DNA of 64,000 nucleotides from Candidatus Delongbacteria bacterium (GTDB taxonomy: Bacteria > CAIWAD01), in NCBI GenBank assembly GCA_963663545.1, contig OY760505.1, positions 2,048,001 through 2,112,000 on the forward strand, given 5' to 3'. Below, in pieces: positions 45,631 through 55,439 of the stretch. The translations under genes and the position numbers were made by a program. How positions within the stretch are numbered: position 1 is the stretch's first letter; each line of letters starts with the position of its first letter. Below the pieces are notes generated by a model. It saw nothing but the letters and a program-made list of their open reading frames with translations, was not told the origin of the DNA and did no database searches.

Positions 45631-46239
45631 ATGGCCACTTCGTTTGTCCTGCAGGAGCTGCAGGAAGCACGTGAAGAGTTCCTTGAGCTGGAGCTGTATC
45701 ACAGAACTATTGAGAGCTACATCTCCGAGTATCAGGTACGTGGTTGCAGCGTCGCGGGACGAAGGCGGCAAGGTCGACCTACTGGCCTGGATTGCGGTAG
45801 TTTCAGCAGCCGCTTGCGCGCCTCCTTCCTTGTTTCCCTGATGTCTGCGCTGGATCACCATCTGGGCAACATCTGTTACGCGTTGTATCACATGCAGCAC
45901 AGCCAACTTGCGCCACATGATCTGCGGGGAAGCACCGTAGAGCGTGGGCACAAGTACTTGAAGGCGGTGCAGGGCTTTACACGTCCGGAAAACGAAGAGT
46001 GGGAACAGCTCGCCGCGTACTTTGCGCTACGAAATCTGATTGTGCACAACGGCTCTGATGTGGACGAAAGCCGTCACGAACAACGGCTGCGCAGCTTCCT
46101 GGAGCGCACCGAGGGGATTAGCTGCGATAGCGAGGGCGTGCTGGAAATCGAGGCCGTCTTTTGTCGGCGTGTGTTGACAGAGTTGCTGTCCTTCATGCAA
46201 GAGCTGCAGGAAGAAACGGGCCGCGTGATACATAAATAG
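45631..46239 (+). CDS. Hypothetical protein with a HEPN-like RxxxxH motif
   Basis: Helical protein with LRNLIVHNG near its C-terminal third. Confidence 0.55.
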   Translation: MATSFVLQELQEAREEFLELELYHRTIESYISEYQVRGCSVAGRRRQGRPTGLDCGSFSSRLRASFLVSLMSALDHHLGNICYALYHMQHSQLAPHDLRGSTVERGHKYLKAVQGFTRPENEEWEQLAAYFALRNLIVHNGSDVDESRHEQRLRSFLERTEGISCDSEGVLEIEAVFCRRVLTELLSFMQELQEETGRVIHK

Positions 46240-46263
46240 ACAGGGCCGGCGAACCGGCCCTGT
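46240..46263. terminator. Hairpin between convergent genes (hcp terminator)
   Basis: ACAGGGCCGG-CGAA-CCGGCCCTGT; UUCG loop on the minus strand. Confidence 0.75.
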
Positions 46264-46285
46264 GATGCACGCTGTCGAAGCTCGA

Positions 46286-47917
46286 TCAGTTGCCCGTCAT
46301 CATTGCAGCAACGTCGGCTTCCACCTCGCCGATGGGCTTGATACCGAAAGTCTCCACCAGCACCTTTGCTACTCCAGGCGACAGGAACGCCGGCAGCGTT
46401 GGTCCCAGGCGCATGCCTTTGAACCCCAAGTGCAGTAGCGCCAGCAGTACGGTGACTGCCTTCTGCTCGTACCAGGCAATATCGAAGCTCAGGGGTAGGT
46501 CGTTGATGTCTTCCAGTTCAAAGACCTCGCGCAGCTTCAACGCGATCAGCGCCAGGCTGTAGCTGTCGTTGCACTGCCCCGCATCCAGCACACGCGGAAT
46601 ACCGCCGATGTCGCCCAGTTGCAGCTTGTTGTAGCGGTACTTGGCGCAGCCAGCGGTTAGAATTACCGTGTCCTGCGGCAGCGCCTCCGCTACGTCAGTG
46701 AAATAGCTGCGCGAATGGTGCCGACCGTCGCAACCCGCCATGACCACAAAGCGCTTGATGGCGCCGCTGCGAACCGCGTCCACAACCTTGTCCGCAAGCG
46801 CCAACACCTGATTGTGCGCGAAGCCGCCGACGATTGTACCCTTCTCAAGTTCGACGGGAGCCGCACAGCCTTTGGCCTGTGCAATCAACTCGCTGAAATC
46901 CTTGCGTCCTTCGGCGTCCTCTTCGATATGTCTCACACCGCTGTATCCGGCCATTCCCGTTGTCCAGATACGGCCACGATAGCTGTCCTTTACCGGTGTG
47001 ATACAATTGGTGGTCATCAAAATTGGACCGTTGAAGGACTCGAACTCCTTGTCCTGATTCCACCAGGAGCTTCCATAGTTACCGAAGAAGTGGTCGTACT
47101 TTTTGAAGGCCGGGTAATAGTGTGCGGGCAGCATTTCGCTGTGGGTGTAGATGTCCACGCCCGCGTCTTTGCTCTGTTCCAGCAGCTCCGCCAGATCTTT
47201 CAGGTCGTGGCCGCTGATCAGAATACCCGGGCGCTGTCCGGCGTCAAGTCGCACCTCACTGATCTCGGGGTGTCCATAGGTACTGGTGTTGGCGGTGTCG
47301 AGCAGTGCCATGGTAGTGACGGCAATTTCACCAGCCTTCAACACCAGTCCAAGCGCCACATCGCCCTGTTCATTCTCGATGGTGGACGCCAGAGCTTCCA
47401 GGACGAAATCCCAAATGCCGATCTCCTGGTGACCCAATGCGGCGGCGTGACACGCGTAAGCGGCAATGCCCTTAACGCCATAGGTCAAAAGCTCGCGCAG
47501 ACTGCGCAGATCTTCGTCGGCGGTCAATGCGGGAATGTTGACCAGATAACCCTGAGCCAGCAATTCCTCATCCTCACCGGGCTTCCATGTGACACACGCA
47601 GGATCGTTGGATCGTGTATCACCGGCTAACACTGTGTCACGACGCTGCACTGTTTCCCTGATCAGGGCGATCATGCGCAGATCGTCAAAGTTGCCGTTTG
47701 TGATTGTGGCAAAGAGTGCCTGACCGGCGAAGTAGCCGTGGTCAAGGCGAACCGCTTCTGCGGGCTTGGTGCGGCGGACCGCGATGGCGAGTCCTTTCAG
47801 ACTCCAGATCAGCAGATCCTGCAATGCACTGGTGCTTGCTTCTTTTCCGCAGACGCCTTTCAACGTGCAACCCGTGCAGTGGGCCGCTTCCTGGCACTGG
47901 TAACAGAACATCGACAT
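46286..47917 (-). CDS. hcp: Hybrid cluster protein (hydroxylamine / NO reductase)
   Basis: MFCYQCQE....GC...[43 protein letters not shown]. Confidence 0.96.
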   Translation of the reverse strand: MSMFCYQCQEAAHCTGCTLKGVCGKEASTSALQDLLIWSLKGLAIAVRRTKPAEAVRLDHGYFAGQALFATITNGNFDDLRMIALIRETVQRRDTVLAGDTRSNDPACVTWKPGEDEELLAQGYLVNIPALTADEDLRSLRELLTYGVKGIAAYACHAAALGHQEIGIWDFVLEALASTIENEQGDVALGLVLKAGEIAVTTMALLDTANTSTYGHPEISEVRLDAGQRPGILISGHDLKDLAELLEQSKDAGVDIYTHSEMLPAHYYPAFKKYDHFFGNYGSSWWNQDKEFESFNGPILMTTNCITPVKDSYRGRIWTTGMAGYSGVRHIEEDAEGRKDFSELIAQAKGCAAPVELEKGTIVGGFAHNQVLALADKVVDAVRSGAIKRFVVMAGCDGRHHSRSYFTDVAEALPQDTVILTAGCAKYRYNKLQLGDIGGIPRVLDAGQCNDSYSLALIALKLREVFELEDINDLPLSFDIAWYEQKAVTVLLALLHLGFKGMRLGPTLPAFLSPGVAKVLVETFGIKPIGEVEADVAAMMTGN

Positions 47918-47976
47918 GAGATACTCCTCGTGTTGTTGACTGGTCACAAAGTGCATGCGCCCCGGGCAGAGAATCC

Positions 47977-47990
47977 TTGACCTGAATCAA
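47977..47990 (-). promoter_or_regulatory. FNR/Dnr-type binding site upstream of hcp
   Basis: TTGACCTGAATCAA is a 9/10 match to TTGAT-N4-ATCAA, 60 nt upstream of the hcp start. Confidence 0.7.
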
Positions 47991-48119
47991 GTGGCAATGA
48001 GAGCCTTGTTCTTGAGGCTACAAATTTTGCTTGCGAGAAGCCCGTCAGGCCTGTTCATTGGCTTTGACGTGATGGGATCGCCGCAATAGAGCTTACAGCA
48101 ATAGGAGACTTCAAGGCGT

Positions 48120-49268
48120 ATGGTATCGCACTTTGCCGCGCCGGAACGCGCCGATCAAACGGTTGTGCTACACCAGGCGCAGCTCCTCTGTGATAGTCCA
48201 CTTGTCAGTGAATTGCTGGGTCTGGTCAGCGGCCTGGTCGCGGTCATCAACGAACACCGGCAACTGGTGGCGCTTAACCGCAAGCTGCTGGACTTGCTGG
48301 ATGTGCCCGATGCCGCTGAATTGCTTGGGCTACGACTCGGCGAAGCCGTTGGCTGCATTCACGCGCACGAGATGGATGCCGGCTGTGGAACGAGCGAGTA
48401 CTGCGCGACCTGCGGCGCGGTCATTGCCATGGTACTTTCACAGGAGCAGGACCGGCCCGTCGAGCGCGAGTGCATCCTTGAAGCCATGCGCCACGGGCGC
48501 GAAGTGCACATGGTGCTGCGCGTGCAGACACAGCCGATGCCGATCGATGGGCGACGCTTTACCCTGCTCTTCCTGCAGGACCGCACAAGCGAACATCAAC
48601 AGGCGATTCTGGAGCGCGTCTTCCTGCACGATTTGACGAATCTGGTGAGTGGAATTCAGGCGGCCAGCCAGTTGCTGATTTGGGACAATCAGGAGGACGG
48701 CGAGAGTATCAAATACCAGGTGGCCGGATATGCCGACCGTCTGGCGGGCGAGATCGCCATGCATCGCATGCTGCTGGATGGCGACTCGTGGACCTATACG
48801 CCACAGTTCAAGCACGTCGCGTTGTCGGAGATTGTCGAAGGACTGCAGAATTCGCTGTGTCACCATCCGGCAACGAGCGGCAAGCGGATTCAATGGCCGC
48901 AACCACTGCCTCTGGGGGAGATTCTGACGGATCAGGTGGCCTTGTTGCGTGTGCTGACCAACATGCTGATCAACGCGCTGGAGGCGAGCGAACCCGGAGA
49001 GGTCGTACGCGTCAGCATCAAGCAGGGTGATACCTTGATGATTCAAGTCTGGAACAGTGCCGTTATCTCGGAATTGCATCAACGCCGCATTTTCCAGCGC
49101 AACTTCAGCACCAAAACCGGACATGGCCGTGGCATTGGTACTTACGCAATGAAATTCTTGAGCGAACGTGTGTTACATGGACGGGTCGAGTTCAGTTCGA
49201 ACCTTCATCAGGGAACCGTTTTCACGGTGTCTTTGCCGCATGCGCCAGATGCTGCGCCATCCATGTGA
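48120..49268 (+). CDS. Cytoplasmic sensor histidine kinase with a Cys-rich PAS-like domain
   Basis: C-x9-C-x5-C-x2-C; FLHDLTN; NMLINALEA; FSTK.G.GRGIG. Confidence 0.88.
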   Translation: MVSHFAAPERADQTVVLHQAQLLCDSPLVSELLGLVSGLVAVINEHRQLVALNRKLLDLLDVPDAAELLGLRLGEAVGCIHAHEMDAGCGTSEYCATCGAVIAMVLSQEQDRPVERECILEAMRHGREVHMVLRVQTQPMPIDGRRFTLLFLQDRTSEHQQAILERVFLHDLTNLVSGIQAASQLLIWDNQEDGESIKYQVAGYADRLAGEIAMHRMLLDGDSWTYTPQFKHVALSEIVEGLQNSLCHHPATSGKRIQWPQPLPLGEILTDQVALLRVLTNMLINALEASEPGEVVRVSIKQGDTLMIQVWNSAVISELHQRRIFQRNFSTKTGHGRGIGTYAMKFLSERVLHGRVEFSSNLHQGTVFTVSLPHAPDAAPSM

Positions 49269-49374
49269 GACGTGATCCATCCTACTTCCTCAAATGCCGA
49301 TAGATAGGTCTGGACAAGTTGTTTGTGGCAAAGCTGAAGATGGAGTGGTCGACAGTTTACCTGGAAGAATCTGC

Positions 49375-52300
49375 ATGAGAATCGGAATCTCATCTACTTT
49401 TCATCTTTTTGTAACACGTGGTATTCTCACTCTTGCCTTGTTGCTGTTTTCTGATGTATCACAGACCTTGGCGCAAGGGCCTGCTGTTACCTTTCTTCCG
49501 GACAGCCTGCAGAAATGGGTTGGGGCGCAGGATTCCATACGTGTCGGCATTGATCCGACCTGGCCACCAATTGAGTGGTACGACGAGGACAACAATCCAC
49601 GTGGCTTGTCGGTCGATCTGCTGGAGTACATTGCTTCGGTTACGGGCTTGAACTTCAGCTATATGGGCCCACGGCCTTGGTCAGAGCTCGTCGAGGCTGC
49701 CAGAGTAGGTGATGTCGACCTGCTTCCCGGTGTTGTGCCGGTCGCCGATCGCGAAAGTTTCCTCACCTTTGTGTCACGTTACGACAGCTACCCGATCATG
49801 ATCTACACGCGTGATGATGTGGGCTATGTGCAGCAACTTGGCGTGCTCTCGGGCAAGCGCGTGGCCTTCATCGAGGGGTACGTGGTTGGCGATTGGGTGA
49901 CCGCTGATTATCCGGGCATTGAGCGCGTGTACTATTCCTCGGCTCTCGATGCGTTGGAGGCACTCCAGGACGAGCAGGTTTTTGCCTTTCTCGATAATCC
50001 TGCCGTGGTGGACCGCATTTGCCTGGAGCGCAACTATGCACACCTGAAGGTTTCGGGCATCACCGAGTACAGCTTCGATCTGGCTTTTGGTGTGCGAAAG
50101 AGCATGCCTGAGTTGGCCGCCATACTGCACTTGGCGATGGAAAACATGTCGCAGCAGAAGCGAAATCAGATTTGCAGTGTGTGTCTTGAACCCGGAATAG
50201 AAAAGTCTTCGACCGGTGTGTGGCTGAGTCTGATTGCCCTGGGTCTTATTCTGCTAATGCTGCACAACAATGTATTACGGCGCATCATCCGGCGTCGTAC
50301 TACGCAGCTGCAGGAGCTGAACCAATCGTTGGAAGCGCGCGTGGGTGCCTATGAGCAAGTACAACGAGATCTGCAGACCTCGGAATTACGTTACCAGGAA
50401 ATCGTCAATTCTACCTACGATGCGCTGCTGGTTCACGATGTTCACGGAGCCATTCTGGAGGTCAACGAGCGCACGGCGCAGCTATTTGGGTATAGCCAGG
50501 AGGAGATGCTTCGCTGTAGCCTCGGGGATCTGTGCGCTGGTGGCGAGTACACGCTGGAAGGGGCCATGGAGCACCTCAACCAGGCTCTGGCAAAGGGAAC
50601 AGATGAGTTCGAATGGCGCTGCAAACGCAAGGATGGAAGTGAGTTCTGGGGTGACGTGGCCCTGCGTGCTTCCCTTATCGCGGGAGAAACACGGCTGATT
50701 GCCACTGTTCGCAATATGGACGAACGTCGCCGCGCACTGGACGAGCTGGCTACAACGCGAACCATGTTGGAGGCCACACTCGACCAGACTCCGGCCGGAA
50801 TTGTGGTGCTGGACAACGACGGTGTGACACGCTACATCAATAGGGCCGCCTGTGATATCAGTGCTCTTGACGAGCAGGGTTTTTACGAGAGCGGAGAGAA
50901 ACTTCCCCCATTGGCACGCAATTGCGTGTATCACGACGGTGCGGTTCCTGATCCCGATGACCAGCCCGTTCAGAGAGCCTTGCGCGAGGGAATTGCGACG
51001 CGAAATCAGCGGATGCTGTTTACGCGTCCCAGGGGTGAGACGCGCGAACTGCTAGTATCCGCGGCGCCCATTCGCAACCTGGAGGGCAAGGTTGTTGCAG
51101 CAATTGGCGTGTATGTGGATGTGAGCGACCAGACACGCACGACGGCTGCACTGCACGAGACTGAAATTCGCTACCGCCAGCTCTTTGAAAGCGCTTCCGA
51201 TGCCATTTTTCTGATGCATGGCGAGAGGTTTATTGATTGTAACACGCGAACACTGACGCTGTTCGGCTGTTCACGGGCAGACATCATCGGCCAATCGCCG
51301 GATATCTTTTCGCCCCCTTTCCAGGAGGATGGACGACCTTCGGCAGAAGCTGCCATGGAACACATCAATGCTGTCAACGAAGGATTGCCGCAGTTCTTCG
51401 ATTGGATCCACTCACGTCTTGACGGAGTGCCTTTCTTCGCCGAAGTATCACTCAGCTTGATCAATTCAGAGGATCAGGATCTAGTCTTGGCCATTGTTCG
51501 CGACGTCTCCGATCGTCGGCGTGCGGAGGATGAGCGCGGCAAATTGGCCACGGTAGTAGAACAGGCAACAGAAGATGTAATGCTCACAGATAAAAATGGT
51601 GTGATACAATATGTAAATCCTGCCTTTACGCGTATCACAGGCTACAGTCGCGAAGAAGCAATCGGGAAGACGCCCTCCTTCTTGCGTAGCGGCCTGCACA
51701 GCGATGAGTTTTATCGCGATCTATGGAACACCGTCGGTTCTGGTCGAGTCTGGCGTGGCACGCTGACCAATCGCCACGCCGATGGCAGCAACGTAATCGA
51801 AGACGCGATCATCTCGCCTATGTGTGATAGCACAGGCAGCACCATCGGCTTTGTAGCTGTTAAGCGCGACATCACCGACCGTGTGCAGCTTGAAGAGCAA
51901 CTGCGTCACGCTCAGAAGATGGAAGCCGTGGGGCAGCTTGCCGGCGGTGTAGCACACGACTTCAATAATCTGCTGCAAGTGATCATGGGCTACACCGAAA
52001 TGGTGCGCGATGACAAAGAGGTTACGGAACAGATTCACGAGTACGCCTCTGAAGTACTGCAGGCCGGTAACCGGGCGCGCAGTCTGATTCAGCAACTACT
52101 GGCCTTCAGCAGACGTGATGCACTGCAGCTCAAACGCATCGATCTGAATCAGGTGCTGGCTGGATCCGTTCGCATGGTGCATCGACTCATTGGCACGAAC
52201 ATCATGTTGGATTTCCAGCCGGGTGAAATTGGAATGGTAATGGCCGATGCCGGTCAGATGGAGCAGATCATTGTCAACCTGTGCATAAATTCGCGCGACG

Positions 52301-53070
52301 CCATGCCTGAAGGGGGATTCCTCAAGCTTGTGACACGCGCCGAGCTCTTGAGTGAGAGCGATGTGCAGCGCTATGCTGATGCCGTTTCGGGACACTACGT
52401 GCGTCTCAGCGTAATCGACACCGGAATAGGAATTCCACTACATCTCCAGGATCGCATCTTCGAGCCTTTCTTTACGACCAAGGGGGTCAATAAGGGGACG
52501 GGATTGGGGCTGGCGACGGTTTATGCAATTGTGCGCAGGCACGGTGGCTTCATTGCCGTAGATAGTGAAGAGCAGAGGGGAACGGCCTTTCATTTGTACT
52601 TGCCGGAAGTAGAGAGTGCGTGTGACACTTCAGAGCATTCACAGTGTGATACAGATGGAGAATCCGGTCTGTCTGGGCAAGGTGAGACCATCTTGCTTGC
52701 TGAGGACGATCCGCAGGTGCGTGAACTGGCTACCAGCATTTTGCAGCAGGCCGGGTACAATGTCATCCTTGCCGAAGATGGCGATCAGGCTGTGCAGCAA
52801 TTCGAGGATCATCAGGAGCGAATCAACCTTGCATTGCTGGATGTGATCATGCCCCGGCGTAACGGCCGGCAGGTGTACGAATACTTGCACGAAATCAAAC
52901 CGGAACTGCCTGTGCTCTTCGCCAGCGGCTTCAGTTTTGAACTGCAGGAAGGCAAAGAGCTGCCGCGAGGGGGCGAACGCGCGCTGGTTCAGAAGCCCTA
53001 CGTTCGCGAGGAGCTCTTGCGCCGTCTGCGACAAGCGCTGGAAAATCGCGGCTCCTGGCGGTCCCGTTGA
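49375..53070 (+). CDS. Hybrid sensor kinase: periplasmic solute-binding domain, multiple PAS, HisKA, HATPase, REC
   Basis: IRVGIDPTWPP (SBP family 3); TM helix; four PAS repeats; AGGVAHDFNN; GTGLGL; ILLAEDD, LDVIMP. Confidence 0.92.
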   Translation: MRIGISSTFHLFVTRGILTLALLLFSDVSQTLAQGPAVTFLPDSLQKWVGAQDSIRVGIDPTWPPIEWYDEDNNPRGLSVDLLEYIASVTGLNFSYMGPRPWSELVEAARVGDVDLLPGVVPVADRESFLTFVSRYDSYPIMIYTRDDVGYVQQLGVLSGKRVAFIEGYVVGDWVTADYPGIERVYYSSALDALEALQDEQVFAFLDNPAVVDRICLERNYAHLKVSGITEYSFDLAFGVRKSMPELAAILHLAMENMSQQKRNQICSVCLEPGIEKSSTGVWLSLIALGLILLMLHNNVLRRIIRRRTTQLQELNQSLEARVGAYEQVQRDLQTSELRYQEIVNSTYDALLVHDVHGAILEVNERTAQLFGYSQEEMLRCSLGDLCAGGEYTLEGAMEHLNQALAKGTDEFEWRCKRKDGSEFWGDVALRASLIAGETRLIATVRNMDERRRALDELATTRTMLEATLDQTPAGIVVLDNDGVTRYINRAACDISALDEQGFYESGEKLPPLARNCVYHDGAVPDPDDQPVQRALREGIATRNQRMLFTRPRGETRELLVSAAPIRNLEGKVVAAIGVYVDVSDQTRTTAALHETEIRYRQLFESASDAIFLMHGERFIDCNTRTLTLFGCSRADIIGQSPDIFSPPFQEDGRPSAEAAMEHINAVNEGLPQFFDWIHSRLDGVPFFAEVSLSLINSEDQDLVLAIVRDVSDRRRAEDERGKLATVVEQATEDVMLTDKNGVIQYVNPAFTRITGYSREEAIGKTPSFLRSGLHSDEFYRDLWNTVGSGRVWRGTLTNRHADGSNVIEDAIISPMCDSTGSTIGFVAVKRDITDRVQLEEQLRHAQKMEAVGQLAGGVAHDFNNLLQVIMGYTEMVRDDKEVTEQIHEYASEVLQAGNRARSLIQQLLAFSRRDALQLKRIDLNQVLAGSVRMVHRLIGTNIMLDFQPGEIGMVMADAGQMEQIIVNLCINSRDAMPEGGFLKLVTRAELLSESDVQRYADAVSGHYVRLSVIDTGIGIPLHLQDRIFEPFFTTKGVNKGTGLGLATVYAIVRRHGGFIAVDSEEQRGTAFHLYLPEVESACDTSEHSQCDTDGESGLSGQGETILLAEDDPQVRELATSILQQAGYNVILAEDGDQAVQQFEDHQERINLALLDVIMPRRNGRQVYEYLHEIKPELPVLFASGFSFELQEGKELPRGGERALVQKPYVREELLRRLRQALENRGSWRSR

Positions 53071-53313
53071 CGGATCGCGAAAATTCGGCAGAGCTCGCTA
53101 TTCCAACAGTGTAATTGCACGACAATTCATGCTCTCGAAGCTGACTCTCCTTACATTCATTTCGCGGGTTTGTGCGAAGTCATTCCGCACACTCTACAAG
53201 GCTGAACACAGTTGTAGGACGCCCGCGTCTTGACAACATCATCCCGGCAGGTCCCCCACGGAACCCGGCCGCCTGACGATCCGCCATGTGCGGACTCAAT
53301 TGCAGGAAGCTCC

Positions 53314-55422
53314 ATGAGCGATTTCCGGATAAAATCTCACCCGATCCTGAAAGCACCGGATCGGGAAAGCGTCCCGTTTTTCTGGCAGGGACAGGAACTA
53401 CAGGGGCTTGCTGGTGAAATGCTCACTGCCGCCCTCTTTGCCAATGGTATTCGCACCTTCGGGCACCATCATCGCGATGGTAGTCCGCAAGGGCTGTTCT
53501 GCGCCAACGGCCAGTGCAGCCAGTGCATGGTGCTGGTGGACGGTCGACCCGTTAAGGCTTGCATGACACCGCTGCATGCGGGTATGCGCGTTGATCCGGT
53601 GGACAGTCTGCCTGAATTGCCGGTCTGTGACACAACGGAGAAGTTTGCTGATCCGCGTGTGATACAGGTGCCGGTGCTGATTCTGGGTGGAGGTCCGGCG
53701 GGGCTCTCTGCGGCCATTCAACTCGGCAAACGCGGGATCAAGTGCCTGCTTGTGGACGACAAGGATCGTCTGGGTGGCAAGCTCGTGTTACAAACGCATC
53801 GTTTCTTTGGCTCCATCAACGCTGTTCACGCTGGCACGCGAGGCATTGACATTGCCACCCGCCTGGAAGAAGAAGTGCGCACGCAGGAGTCGGTTGAGGT
53901 TTGGCTGAACACCACGGCTCTGGCCGTTTTCAGCGACAAGCGCGTTGGCCTGTTGCGTCAGACGCTAACGGATGGCGTACCACGGGAAGAGTACGTGCTA
54001 GTGGAGTCGCAACTACTGCTGGTCAGCACCGGAGCGCGCGAGAAAACGCTGCTCTTTCCAGGTAACACGCTGCCCGGTGTGTACGGTGCAGGTGCTTTTC
54101 AGACGCTGGTCAACCGAGACCTGGTGCGAAGCTGCAAGCGACTCTTCATCGTGGGAGGCGGCAATGTCGGCCTGATTGCAGGGTATCACGCGCTGCAGGC
54201 AGGCATTGAGGTGGCGGGTCTGATCGAGGCTCTGCCCGAGTGCGGTGGCTACAAGGTGCACAAGGACAAGCTGGTGCGCATGGGAGTTCCCGTCTACACG
54301 CGGCACACAATTCTGGGTGTGGAAGGCGAAGGCCAGGTGGAGCGTGTTACCATTGCCGCCATTGACGAGAACTGGCAGCCGATTCCCGGAACTTCGCGCA
54401 CCTTCGAGTGCGATGCGGTATTGATAGCCGTTGGCCTGGATCCTGTGGATGAATTCCTGCACAAGGCGCGCGAATATGACATGCAAGTGCTGGCGGCCGG
54501 TGATGCAGAGGAAATTGCCGAGGCCTCTGCTGCCATCTTTGCCGGCAAGATCCGCGGTCTGGAAATCGCAAGGCAACTTGGCGTCACCGACGATGCCGTT
54601 CCTGAAGAGTGGGCGCGCACAGCCGAGATTCTGAAGTCCAGGCCTGGTGAGTGTGGCTGCGAGGCTGTTCCCGAGGTGGAGACGGGCGTCTTTCCCGTGA
54701 TACATTGCTCGCAGGAGATTCCCTGCAATCCCTGCACTTCGGTCTGTCCGCGTGGCCAGATCGTGATAGACGAGCAGGATATTCGCGAAGTGCCCGCTTT
54801 CCTTAACGGGGAAATCGAGCAACACTGCATTGGCTGTGAGAAGTGTGTCACCATCTGTCCAGGATTGGCCATTACACTGGTCGACTATCGCAAAGACCAG
54901 GAGCATCCGCTAGTAACGCTGGCCTTCGAGTTCCAGGCGGGCACTCTTGCGGTCGGTGACCGTGTTACAGTGCTGGACACCATTGGCGATCGCTTGGGCG
55001 AAGCCGAAGTGGTGCGTATGCGCGACATACCGCGCAACGGTCGCACCGTGCTGTTGCAACTTCGCGTCGACCGCACCATTGCCAAGCGCGTTGCCGGTGT
55101 GCTTGTGCAGGAAGAGTGGGTGGCGGATTCGCTTCCAGAAGCCGTCGAGCGACTGGAGGATGAGGTCATCGTTTGCCGTTGCGAACGTGTCACGGCCGGT
55201 GAAATTCGCGCCTTGATCCGCGAGGGCGTTCGCGATTTGAACGCCATCAAGGCGATCACCAGAGCGGGCATGGGCGCCTGTGGCGGCAAGACCTGTCAGA
55301 GTCAGATTCTGCGCCTTTTCCGCGAAGAAGGCGTGCCGATGGAGGATGTGACACCGGGCGTGCCGCGTCCGCTCTTTGTCGAGGTTCCGCTGGGAACCTT
55401 TGCACGCGGGTCCAGGCAGTGA
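53314..55422 (+). CDS. Fused 2Fe-2S / FAD / 4Fe-4S / BFD oxidoreductase (sarcosine oxidase alpha- or proline dehydrogenase-like)
   Basis: FCANGQCSQC; GGGPAG; GGGNVG; CSQEIPCNPC, CIGCEKCVTICPG; VCRCE...GMGACGGKTC. Confidence 0.85.
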   Translation: MSDFRIKSHPILKAPDRESVPFFWQGQELQGLAGEMLTAALFANGIRTFGHHHRDGSPQGLFCANGQCSQCMVLVDGRPVKACMTPLHAGMRVDPVDSLPELPVCDTTEKFADPRVIQVPVLILGGGPAGLSAAIQLGKRGIKCLLVDDKDRLGGKLVLQTHRFFGSINAVHAGTRGIDIATRLEEEVRTQESVEVWLNTTALAVFSDKRVGLLRQTLTDGVPREEYVLVESQLLLVSTGAREKTLLFPGNTLPGVYGAGAFQTLVNRDLVRSCKRLFIVGGGNVGLIAGYHALQAGIEVAGLIEALPECGGYKVHKDKLVRMGVPVYTRHTILGVEGEGQVERVTIAAIDENWQPIPGTSRTFECDAVLIAVGLDPVDEFLHKAREYDMQVLAAGDAEEIAEASAAIFAGKIRGLEIARQLGVTDDAVPEEWARTAEILKSRPGECGCEAVPEVETGVFPVIHCSQEIPCNPCTSVCPRGQIVIDEQDIREVPAFLNGEIEQHCIGCEKCVTICPGLAITLVDYRKDQEHPLVTLAFEFQAGTLAVGDRVTVLDTIGDRLGEAEVVRMRDIPRNGRTVLLQLRVDRTIAKRVAGVLVQEEWVADSLPEAVERLEDEVIVCRCERVTAGEIRALIREGVRDLNAIKAITRAGMGACGGKTCQSQILRLFREEGVPMEDVTPGVPRPLFVEVPLGTFARGSRQ

Positions 55423-55439
55423 CAGGTGGAGCAAGAACA

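Noticed and set aside
44302..46239. Integron cassette array (DinB, GNAT and small genes with hairpins)
   Set aside because: No RYYYAAC...GTTRRRY attC ends and no integrase; genes overlap in operon style.
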